Below are positions 22,370 to 32,061 of a stretch of 64,000 nucleotides of DNA, in pieces. The stretch spans positions 3,658,001 to 3,722,000 of the forward strand of contig CM102287.1 in the NCBI GenBank assembly GCA_046563655.1, in the 5' to 3' direction. This stretch comes from Yuukianura sp. NJ FZ-2021 (lineage: Eukaryota). Under the pieces are notes generated by a model. It searched no databases. It worked only from the letters and a program-made list of their open reading frames with translations, and was not told the DNA's origin. The first letter of the stretch is position 1. Each line of letters starts with the position of its first letter. Position numbers and translations under genes: made by a program.

Positions 22370-25339
22370 ATGGATCGTGCTAAGAAGGCAAGAGATCTAC
22401 AGAGACTTGGCGTGACGGACCTAATCGCGAATTTAGAGTCCGAATTGAAAAGGGAATCGGTTTCCGAAAATGACGTCATCGCGGCTGTCACGATGCTGGA
22501 TGATGCAGTGGAGAGATTGGCGGATCTTCACGAACAGGTGCTGACTTTTCTTTTGGATGATGAATCCTCAACCCCAGAGACGTTGCACACGGAGTGGCGT
22601 GTGGACAGTGACTTCAAGAGAAGAGCAACACTAGTGAAGATTGAAGCACAGAAAATTCTCAATCCACCTACCAAGTCACAGAATCGTTCGTCTAATGATG
22701 ATGACGCATCGTCTACCAGCCGACACAGGAAGATGAAGCTACCGAAGACAGAGTTACGAAAGTACTCTGGAGAACTAGTCGACTGGATTGGATGGTGGTC
22801 TCAATTCAAGAAGATTGACGACGATGACGAAATACACGTTGTGGACAAGTTCGGTTATCTCGTTCAATGTATGGTGCGAGGATCCAAAGCAGAGGAAGTA
22901 GTCAAGCGGTACCCTGAGTCGGCCGAGAACTACCCAAAGGCTTTGGAGGCACTGAAAGAGAGGTTCGGGAATCCGAAACTGCTGAAACAAGTGTATGTTC
23001 GAGAACTAATGAAGTTGATGTGGGACACTTGGGCGAAGGAGAAGAAGCCATTGGACATCCTTTACGGGAAATTAGAAGCTTCTCTCCAGTCACTACAGTC
23101 CCTTGGTGTAAGTGTTGACAACATGGTTGAACTGTTGTTTCCTATGGTGGAATCCTGCTTGCCGGAGGACATTTTGGTTGCTTGGCAACGAAGTTCTGAC
23201 TTTGGGCGTGATGGGTCCAAGGAGAACCCACCAAAGAGTGAACTTGATTTCCTACTGGCATTTCTGAAGAGAGAAGCGGGCAACAAGGAACAACGGGCAC
23301 TTACTCAGATTGGTTTTGGACCCGGTCCTAGCCAAAAGAAGAAAAGCCACAGCAGTCCCAGAGAAGAAGATGATGTGCCCACGGCGGCTGGACTGTTCAG
23401 TGGACAATTTGATAACAAAGAGAGAAGCCAGTGCTTGTTCTGTGAGAAGCAGCATCCATCCAAAGAGTGCTTTAAGGCACAGAAGATGACATTAGAAGAG
23501 AGAAAGGAGGTCATCAAAAAGAAGGGTGTTTGTTTTTCGTGTTTAAAAGGCGGACATAGGGCTAATAAGTGTCGTAGTTCTCCTCAGTGCCTTGTCTGCG
23601 GTAAGAAGCATTTGGTTCTACTCTGCCCCCAGATCTCATCGTCAACCAGAGGTTCCAGTGATGGAAAAGACAAAGATGATGGGAAGAAAAATCAGACGGT
23701 ACTCTCAAGTCTCAACTGTACCAGCGAAGTCGTACTCCAGACGCTGATCGTGCAGTTGGAGAATCCATTTTCAGTTCCTCTCCTTCTCCTGGACCAGCAT
23801 CAGATCTGCGGAGCAATTCCGAGAATTACGCCTGGCCCATGGATGAAGATGCTCAGAGACAGAGGAATTGTGTTGAACGACTTTGACCCGAAGAATCCCG
23901 TCGAAATTGAAGTTTTGTTGGGTGCAGACACCATTGGACAATTTCTGACTGGGAAGATCTTTCGTCTTAAGAACGGGCTGACGGCAACAGAGACAAGGTT
24001 GGGTTGGACGGTCATGGGTGCTACAGGAAGACAGAGCAATTCTGAAGACGTAGCCATGACTGTGGTTTCCATGACTATCGCTAGCTCGACAGTCGCCCAG
24101 CTTTGGTCTTTGGATGTCCTTGGAATTCGTGACCCCGTAGAGAAGAAGACGCAAGAAGACCGGGAGAGAGAGGCTATTGAAAATTTCCAGAAGACAGTTA
24201 CTACAGATCCGGAAGGAAGATACACTGTCTCTCTACCTTGGATCAATGGCTCTCAATCCCTTCCTACAAATCGTGCAGTGGCTCAGAAGCGGTTGGAAAA
24301 CACCACCAAGAAGTTAGTGTCTCTGAATCGGTTCTCAGATTATGACAAAGTGTTTCAAGAATGGGAATCCGAGGGCATAATTTCAGTGGTCGAGGACTTA
24401 GGTGACAGTGAGAGTGTTCCTTGTCATTATGTTCCTCATCGCGCCGTCTTCAAGGCTAGTTTAACTACTCCAGTGCGTCCAGTGTTCGACGCTTCGTGCA
24501 AGGTCGGGAGGAATCCGTCACTTAATGAGTGCTTGGAGAAAGGACCAAATCTGCTTGAACTTCTTCCCTCAATTTTACTTCGTTTCCGAATGGGGAAGAT
24601 TGGAGTCATAGCAGATATCCGTAAGGCCTTTCTTATGATCAATGTGAAAGAAAGTGATCGTGATTTCCTAAGATTTCTATGGTGGGAGGACAAAGAACGA
24701 CAAAAAGTGAAAGTGTTTCGGCACAACCGAGTCGTTTTTGGGATGAACTGTAGTCCATTCCTTCTAGGTGCAGTTGTCTTCCATCATTTGAACCAGCATC
24801 GGTGTGAAAATCCCGAGGTCGTAAGTTTGATTGAAAGGTCACTTTATGTGGACAATGTAGCTCTTACAGTGGACAGTGATTCCGAGTATGAAAAAGTGAA
24901 ATCAGTTTCTTCAGACATTTTTTCACAGGCTACAATGGACCTTAGACAGTGGGAGAGATCCGGTGTTTGGAGTGATCAAGTCATTACCAGTGTTCTAGGG
25001 ATGAAGTGGGATAAGAAGGCGGACACGATCTTTTGTGATGTTGTTCCTACCATTATTCCATTAAAAGTGACTAAAAGAGTTATTTTATCTCAGTTGCAGA
25101 AACTCTTTGACCCCCTAGGACTGTGGACTCCAGTTGTCACTCTACCGAAAGTACTTCTTCAGCAAGCATGGAACGAGAACAAGACTTGGGATGAAGAAGT
25201 ATCTACTGAAATGAAGACAGAATTCCTCAGTTGGTCAAAGGAATTAGCTGAAGTCAGTGACAAAGTTCAACTACCTCGAGACTGTACCAGTGGAACAACC
25301 AGAGACAACCGGAAAGATCCAAATTCATGTGTTTGGTGA
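22370..25339 (+). CDS. BEL/Pao Gag-(partial protease)-reverse transcriptase polyprotein, part 1
   Basis: Gag with three Cys/His knuckles (CLFCEKQHPSKEC, CFSCLKGGHRANKC, CLVCGKKHLVLLC). RT motifs RPVFDAS, ADIRKAF, FGMNCSPF, YVDN. Confidence 0.9.
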   Translation: MDRAKKARDLQRLGVTDLIANLESELKRESVSENDVIAAVTMLDDAVERLADLHEQVLTFLLDDESSTPETLHTEWRVDSDFKRRATLVKIEAQKILNPPTKSQNRSSNDDDASSTSRHRKMKLPKTELRKYSGELVDWIGWWSQFKKIDDDDEIHVVDKFGYLVQCMVRGSKAEEVVKRYPESAENYPKALEALKERFGNPKLLKQVYVRELMKLMWDTWAKEKKPLDILYGKLEASLQSLQSLGVSVDNMVELLFPMVESCLPEDILVAWQRSSDFGRDGSKENPPKSELDFLLAFLKREAGNKEQRALTQIGFGPGPSQKKKSHSSPREEDDVPTAAGLFSGQFDNKERSQCLFCEKQHPSKECFKAQKMTLEERKEVIKKKGVCFSCLKGGHRANKCRSSPQCLVCGKKHLVLLCPQISSSTRGSSDGKDKDDGKKNQTVLSSLNCTSEVVLQTLIVQLENPFSVPLLLLDQHQICGAIPRITPGPWMKMLRDRGIVLNDFDPKNPVEIEVLLGADTIGQFLTGKIFRLKNGLTATETRLGWTVMGATGRQSNSEDVAMTVVSMTIASSTVAQLWSLDVLGIRDPVEKKTQEDREREAIENFQKTVTTDPEGRYTVSLPWINGSQSLPTNRAVAQKRLENTTKKLVSLNRFSDYDKVFQEWESEGIISVVEDLGDSESVPCHYVPHRAVFKASLTTPVRPVFDASCKVGRNPSLNECLEKGPNLLELLPSILLRFRMGKIGVIADIRKAFLMINVKESDRDFLRFLWWEDKERQKVKVFRHNRVVFGMNCSPFLLGAVVFHHLNQHRCENPEVVSLIERSLYVDNVALTVDSDSEYEKVKSVSSDIFSQATMDLRQWERSGVWSDQVITSVLGMKWDKKADTIFCDVVPTIIPLKVTKRVILSQLQKLFDPLGLWTPVVTLPKVLLQQAWNENKTWDEEVSTEMKTEFLSWSKELAEVSDKVQLPRDCTSGTTRDNRKDPNSCVW

Positions 25340-27485
25340 CGCAAGTAAGAAGGCTTACGCAACAGTGGTGTTTCTTCGCATTGAAACTCAAGACGGTGTC
25401 AAAATCCGATTTATTCAAGCGAAATCAAGAGTAGCACCACTGAAACCAACCACAATCCCCAGATTGGAGCTTCTTTCGTGTTGCATTTCAGCAAGACTGG
25501 TGACAGCTATCAAGTCAGCATTAGACCTCGAAGACGACGTTCCGACTTTCCTTTGGACGGATTCCAGCACGGCCTTGTCGTGGATTCGCCGGAGTGACGA
25601 GTGGGGGACGTTCGTGGGGAATAGGGTCAAAGAGATCCTGAAGCTGACAAAAGTCGAAGACTGGAACCACATTCCGGGTTTGGATAATCCGGCAGATCTG
25701 CCATCCAGGGGGACTTCTCCAACCAGGTTCGTGTTGTCGCGATGGTGGGAGGGCCCTGATTGGCTGAAATTAGAAAAGGAGATGTGGCCCAGATCAGAAT
25801 CATCGGTGGACGAGGATGCAGTCAATCAGGAGCGTAAGAAGAGTATCACGACACTCACGAACATTACTACTCCTGCGCCTGTCTCGTCACCATGGTATGT
25901 GACTAAGAATTCGTTTCATCAGACTCTTCGTGTTTTTGCTTATGTCATCCGGTTTGTGAGTCTTTTGAAGAAGGAGTCGACGGAGAAGTCCGAGATTCCT
26001 ACCATCACAGAACTGGAGGAGGCAGAACGAAGATTGATCATGATCATTCAAGAGGAATCATTTCCCATGGACAAAAGTGTAATTCAGGGTTTGAGAGTGC
26101 TAGTGGACTCAGATGGACTACTAAAAGTGAAAACCAAAGTGACTAATCGAGTTGACACAGACACTTTTAGGAAACCAATTTTACTTCCACATTCTCATCC
26201 CATTGTCAATCTCATCATCCGAGACACTCACATCTTCAACGCACACGGAGGAGCACAGCTGATGATGGCCAAGTTAAGAGAAAAGTACTGGATCATCCAG
26301 GGAAGAAGGGCCATCAAGAAAGTCATAACCAAGTGCATCGTGTGTAAGAGGTTTGATGGTAAGACTGTTGAAGTTGTGGCTAGTGCTCTACCGGAACCGA
26401 GGGTAAGGGAGGCCAGTGCCTTTGAAGTGACTGGAGTGGATCTGGCAGGCCCCTTAACTCTAAAGAACAGGAAGAAAGCATACATTGTCATGTTTACTTG
26501 TGCAGTGTTTCGGTGTGTTCATCTGGAGGTGACCGAATCATTGTCTACTGATGACTTTCTTCTCTCATTTATCAGATTCTGCAAAAGGAAACAACGGCCA
26601 TCGATCGTCTACTCTGACAACGGAACGAACTTCGTCGGAGCAGTGAATCTGTTTAAGGAGATCGACTGGGACCTTGTTCAAGAGAAGACGCAGAAACAGA
26701 AAATCAAATGGATCTTCAATCCACCTTCTGCACCGTGGTGGGGCGGATGGTGGGAGAGGCTCATCAAGAGCACCAAGGATCTTCTCCGTAGGATGCTTGG
26801 ATTCCAGAAGCTGACTTACGTTCAATTGGAAACTGTCTTGTGCGAAGTGGAAGCTGCGGTGAACCACAGACCATTGACGTACGTCACAGAAGATCAAGAC
26901 GACTTTGTACCATTGACCCCGGCCATGTTCATCCATAATCTTCCGAATTGTGAAGTGCCGGAGGCTCAACTGATCATACCGAAGACCCTTGGACAAGAGA
27001 AGAGATGGCTGGACCAATTACTGCAGGAGGTGAAACAGCGTTTTCGTTCTGAGTACTTGGGTCAGTTAGTCCAACGGGGCAAGGAACAGAAGACCAGGAC
27101 TTTCAGCATTGGAGAAATCGTGCTCATCGAGGTGGACAACAAGAAGCGGATTTTCTGGCCAATGGGGAGGATTCTGGAGCTGCTTCCTGGGAAAGATGGA
27201 GAAATTCGAGTTGCCAAATTGAAGACGAAGAATGGTGAGCTGCTGCGTCCCATTCAACGACTAGTGCCATTGGAACTGAGACATGACGAGATACCGGAGC
27301 CACCAGTCAAGACAGCCGAGAGCTCCAACGTCATCGACTACGAATCTGCAGTGGAGAGTGACAGCGACACTTATTGCGAGTGCCTGCCGTGTCAGGACGA
27401 AGACGAGGTCAACACTGCAGAACCAGAACAGAAGACTACGAGAAGCGGACGGACCATTCGGAAACCGATTCGCTACGGACAGTGA
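25257..27485 (+). CDS. BEL/Pao RNase H-integrase, part 2 (frameshifted relative to part 1 at about 25290-25320)
   Basis: RNase H motifs HVFGDASKKAY, TIPRLEL, NPADLPSRG. Integrase HHCC zinc finger and DDE motifs (GVDLAGP, YSDNGTNF, WERL). Confidence 0.9.
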   Translation: MTKFNYLETVPVEQPETTGKIQIHVFGDASKKAYATVVFLRIETQDGVKIRFIQAKSRVAPLKPTTIPRLELLSCCISARLVTAIKSALDLEDDVPTFLWTDSSTALSWIRRSDEWGTFVGNRVKEILKLTKVEDWNHIPGLDNPADLPSRGTSPTRFVLSRWWEGPDWLKLEKEMWPRSESSVDEDAVNQERKKSITTLTNITTPAPVSSPWYVTKNSFHQTLRVFAYVIRFVSLLKKESTEKSEIPTITELEEAERRLIMIIQEESFPMDKSVIQGLRVLVDSDGLLKVKTKVTNRVDTDTFRKPILLPHSHPIVNLIIRDTHIFNAHGGAQLMMAKLREKYWIIQGRRAIKKVITKCIVCKRFDGKTVEVVASALPEPRVREASAFEVTGVDLAGPLTLKNRKKAYIVMFTCAVFRCVHLEVTESLSTDDFLLSFIRFCKRKQRPSIVYSDNGTNFVGAVNLFKEIDWDLVQEKTQKQKIKWIFNPPSAPWWGGWWERLIKSTKDLLRRMLGFQKLTYVQLETVLCEVEAAVNHRPLTYVTEDQDDFVPLTPAMFIHNLPNCEVPEAQLIIPKTLGQEKRWLDQLLQEVKQRFRSEYLGQLVQRGKEQKTRTFSIGEIVLIEVDNKKRIFWPMGRILELLPGKDGEIRVAKLKTKNGELLRPIQRLVPLELRHDEIPEPPVKTAESSNVIDYESAVESDSDTYCECLPCQDEDEVNTAEPEQKTTRSGRTIRKPIRYGQ

Positions 27486-29337
27486 GATCATTTCATTTTA
27501 GATAAGTTTTAATTTTAAGATTTGATTTCAGTTTTAATATTCATTTTAGAGTTTAAGTTTTGTTTTCATTGATTCATTTTAGGTTAAGTGTTTAGGTTAC
27601 TTTGTAACATAAGGCACTTTCCCCTTTGTTGGTGGTGCTAAGCCATAACGTTATTTTAATTTTAATTGTTGACTTTCCCTTTCGTTAGCACTAAAGGCAA
27701 AGGTGGGAGTAAATGTAGGATAAGTTGGTTATTTCTATTTTTTAATTAAGACTAACTTTAAATTCCCGCCCTTTAAAACGAAAGGTCAGATTTTCATGAG
27801 ACTTTGTGGACTTATAGGTTTAAGTGTTTTGTGTATCCCATATAAGTTATAGCTTCGCCACAAGTCGCGTTTCTGTATAGTGGGTGGAGATTGGGTGCGA
27901 GGGATAGCGTCCGCGTCTGTCCTCCGGCTATTCTGCTTTTTGGTCTCCCTTCCCTTTTGTGTGTTCCCATAAGTTTAAGTATAAAAATAAGACAAGATTC
28001 AGAGATTGAAGAGACAACATCTCCTTTTTAAGTTTCTAAGTTGTCAATAATTGGATTTAATTGGTAAATACTAATAAACTAGTAAAACTAACAACCATTC
28101 GCCTTCAATCGATCAGTCCATTTTAGTAGCGTTTGAGAGCCGGCCAAGTTACAGAACTCCCATTGATATGACGTAAAGAACGGGTAGTTTTTTAGCGCCA
28201 TATTCTACATATAGTTCAAATTTATATATATTGGTGTTATAATTTAACTCCAGAAAGAACGCGTAGGTACAAAAACTTCTGCCGGCGGAATTGGACGTTG
28301 GCTAAGCTGTTGACCAACACACCTTCCTCCTCACATCTTTGTTTGGGCTCGCCAACACTGCCCATACAAAGGAGGAAAAGTGTGAGGAACCCAATGGGTT
28401 TAACCCACCCCTACCCTCCCGGGGAGTAACGTTTGGTTTGTTGTAATAACCCGTCATATTGCTGAGCTATTATCAGTGTGCGAGGTTTACAACTGGTTTA
28501 TTGAATATTATATTAATCGTAAAATTTGCTAAGTTAGGTTGCTTTTATTTAAATTAAATTAATTTAAATATTACCTTATACATAATTGACTCTGTTTCAT
28601 GAAAAATTTGTACAAAATCTGAATCTGAAAGTGTGATGCAATAAGTTAGGGTTGAGTTAGGCACAGGAGAGACCCAGTTTGGGGTTAGATCAAATATTTC
28701 AACAGATAGGAGCGCCCTTTATATGTTGTTTCTATTGTCCAACTTCAGAGTTGGGACAACGCTAGGATTTGCTACCAAAATATCATTATTAAGGAAGTCA
28801 TAGCGAAGTCCCAACTTTTGTCCCATATAGTTGTGATTCTAAAGTTAGGTGATCCTATGATTCCTACGAACAAGTCTGCTCCGAAGACGTATGCCGACTT
28901 AACCAGATTAACAAGCCTTACAGTACATTGTTTTAACGTCGCGTGATTTGTATTAGGCGAAAGTAAACTAACGTAATTGCTGCTGAAGGATTTGAAATGC
29001 TGATCTAATTGTAACTGCTGTGCATGTTTAGCATGATTCTCTAAGACAGAAAGGATTATTAGTGACGCGCTTGTTCATTTTATAAATGAGTCCTATATAA
29101 TTAAACGGCTTCGCGGGGAAAGACTTTACCCATATCACAATTATGATACCTCAAAGCAACCAAAAATTCGACATTATTTCTCACCACAACTGTTGTGGAC
29201 GGCACTACCTACTTCGCGGAAGGCACGACTTCATGTTTTGATCAAGAATACTCAAAATAGTACAATAGACTATGACGCATTCTTTATGGATAATGTGTCA
29301 TTGATAGGAAAATTAATTCATCTAGTTTAACTTGAAT

Positions 29338-29931
29338 TTAATTAAATTTAAATCTAGGAATGTTTGCGGAGATTACACAAAAAGATATAGGGCTTACCTC
29401 GCAACATATTAAAACAACGGGATGAGAGTACACATAGCTTGTGGTCCCACACACGCCGTTGTTAGCGCCACAGGGATCCACCTGACATTGTTTCCCGGCT
29501 TTACCGTAAATCGGAGCAAAATATTCTCCGTTTACACATAAATCAAATTGCTCGCCTTTAGATGTTGGGCCACAACTCCAATAATCATCCGAAGATTTTA
29601 GTGAGGGGCAAAATTTATCTCCTCCCACAAGAACAGTTTCACCTTCATAAAATGTTGTGGGCTCCTCACTACATAATATTTGAAAATCCATTGTTGCGGC
29701 ATGATTCTTCTGAAATCCACGCACGTAGCTGTTATTTGGGCACATCATAAAGGCTTCAGGGTAACGAAACGTTTCGGAATAGGTTCCGTGTATCCACAAT
29801 TTCCTTCCATAAAAGTTTGATAAGTACGTGTCCAGCACCGCGTTTGGACTGAGATTTTCCTGTATGTTTTTGTTGAGGATTTGCGAAAGTGTATCCTTGG
29901 CACCGACAACAGTTAGAGTACTTTTGCGACG
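29338..29931 (-). CDS. Cys-rich family member B, terminal coding exon (about 197 aa); 5' exon not identified
   Basis: The frame extends upstream of the ORF-track start to a TTTAG acceptor (29932-29934): RRKSTLTVVGAKDT... Motifs MMCPNNSYVRGF..QILCS and VCG..LICCE. Confidence 0.65.
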   Translation of the reverse strand, partial: RRKSTLTVVGAKDTLSQILNKNIQENLSPNAVLDTYLSNFYGRKLWIHGTYSETFRYPEAFMMCPNNSYVRGFQKNHAATMDFQILCSEEPTTFYEGETVLVGGDKFCPSLKSSDDYWSCGPTSKGEQFDLCVNGEYFAPIYGKAGKQCQVDPCGANNGVCGTTSYVYSHPVVLICCEVSPISFCVISANIPRFKFN

Positions 29932-31000
29932 CTAAATAATTCAAAATTTAAGCCTTTTAGGTTTTGGCAGCGGATTGCATAATACAAACCATTAAACATT
30001 GGTTATGCTAAGTTACGTAATATAACAAGGAGAGTTCACTAAAACCTTAAATTTATCATAATTAAAATTGGAAAAAGTATTCACCTTCAGAAGATGATAA
30101 AGGTGTAAGAGCTCGTGCTTACCCCCTTTTGCGAAATCCCTCGCCTGAAGGCTTGCCTGTATCAAATTAAACGTAAATTATGTCGACAGATGGCTCTCCT
30201 CTTATTCCCCTGAGGATCGAAATTCGTTGGCTTTATGCGCAAACTTGAATTCCAAATGAATTCGAAGTTTACCTGGCCAAATTTGAATTCAAATTCGAAT
30301 TTCAGTTTCCCCGTGTTTTACCGTCATAGTTCAAGATTTTAACAGTAGAAGCTTGTAAATTTTACTGGTAAACACGGAAGTGCAGTGCTCAAGGGTTGAG
30401 CACACGTCTTCTGGAGGTAATTGGCAATTGATATGGCTTTTACACCTGCTGTCCGCAAACCCGTTGAAGAAAAACATTAAGAAACCGTTTTCACCAGATG
30501 TATGCAACGTAACGTAGCTCATAATTTTAAGTGCATATGTGCGGCCTTTTTATGTACAATTCCACCGAAGTGTTAAAACGGTTTGCGTCAAAGTGTTGCC
30601 CAACTTGAGCATTGAACAAATCAAAATAATTTTGATGCACAATGTTTTTACATCGAACTGTTCTCAAATATGCACTAAGTTAGAATGTCCTTAAATCTGT
30701 TCATGTAAGTGTACGATAATTCGGATGTAATCACCGTTCTAAAAGATGTAAGTTCAGTTGTTCTCGATCATGCACAAATTGTTATTCTATACCACGTCTA
30801 TAACGTCCACTACCCAGTGTCAAAACAACGAGGTATAGATGTTCTTCATGCACAAATTTTGAACGCTAAAAGGCAGGGGCGAATATTGTTTCTTTAAAAT
30901 CACGATCGGTACAAATGGTTAGCATGTGTTAAACTATAGTTCATTTTAGTCTTCTGGAGACGCACGTCTACGACGTGCTGAAGAAGACTATTGATACGAC

Positions 31001-31046
<46 letters not shown>

Positions 31047-32061
31047 CGTTCGCTTTTTTAGTATCTTTTGCGCTGAAACATTAGCCCTATCGCAGTCGGG
31101 GGGTCATGTATGGCTCAAGTGTTTTCTCTACCTCTACATTGCACTCAAAGTGTTAAGTTAACAACGTCAAAGTATGCGGCTGCTTCGCGTTGCAGTTTCT
31201 TAAGTCCTCAAAATTTCTGTGTTAGGTCTGCATTGCACTCAAAATATATTTAAACAACGAAGTTTTGATCTTCTCATTTTCTGATATTATGTTTACGTAC
31301 GTTGTTAAATTAAGACTAATTAGAGGGTAGAAAATCCGGCTTAAATTCGTAACATGCAAACAGTGATTGGCAGGGTTCAAATTTGCTTTTGCAACAAATT
31401 TTCGTAATTTTGATTATAAACAAGGGATATTCGAGTTTATAACTTATGCACTTAATTTAACACATGGCGCATTTATTTGAACCGATTTTGATTTTATAGA
31501 AGCTATATTCGATCCCTACTCCACAACGTTCAATTTTGTGCATGTTGAACACTTATTGCTGCTTTTGCACTGAAACATAAGCCCCATCGCAGTCGGGGGG
31601 TTATGTTTGGCTCAAGTATTTTCATTAGTTCTACATTGCACTCAAAGTCTTACATTAACAACGCACAAAGTGTGCCTCTGCATCGCGTTACTGTTTCTTA
31701 AGTCCTCAAAATTTTTGCGTTAGGTCTGCATTATACTCAAAATATTTATTAACAACGAAGTTTTGATCTGGTCATTTTCTGGCAGTTAGTTTAATTACGT
31801 TGTTAAATTAAGCCAAATTAGAGGGTAGAAATTCCGGCTTAAATTCGTAATACGTAAACAGTGCCTTGTAGGGTTCAAAGTTCCTTTCTCAACAATTTTG
31901 ATTATAAACAAGGGATATTCGAGTTTATAACTTATGCACTTAATTTAACACATGTTGCATTTATTTGAACCGATTTTGATTTTATAGAAGCTATATTCGA
32001 TCCCTACTCCACAACGTTCAATTTTGTGCATTGTGAACACTTATTACACAAATGTAAAATT

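Larger units (their letters stand above)
21665..28209 (+). mobile_element. Full-length BEL/Pao LTR retrotransposon
   Basis: LTRs at 21665-22158 and 27714-28209 (TG...CA; about 5 substitutions and 2 indels by eye). TSD TATAG at 21660-21664 and 28210-28214. PBS TGGTGACCC at 22163-22171 (tRNA-Trp-like). Purine-rich tract at 27693-27713. Confidence 0.97.

Noticed and set aside
22775..27491. Antisense ORFs within the BEL element
   Set aside because: They are short shadows of the long sense ORFs with no recognisable motifs.
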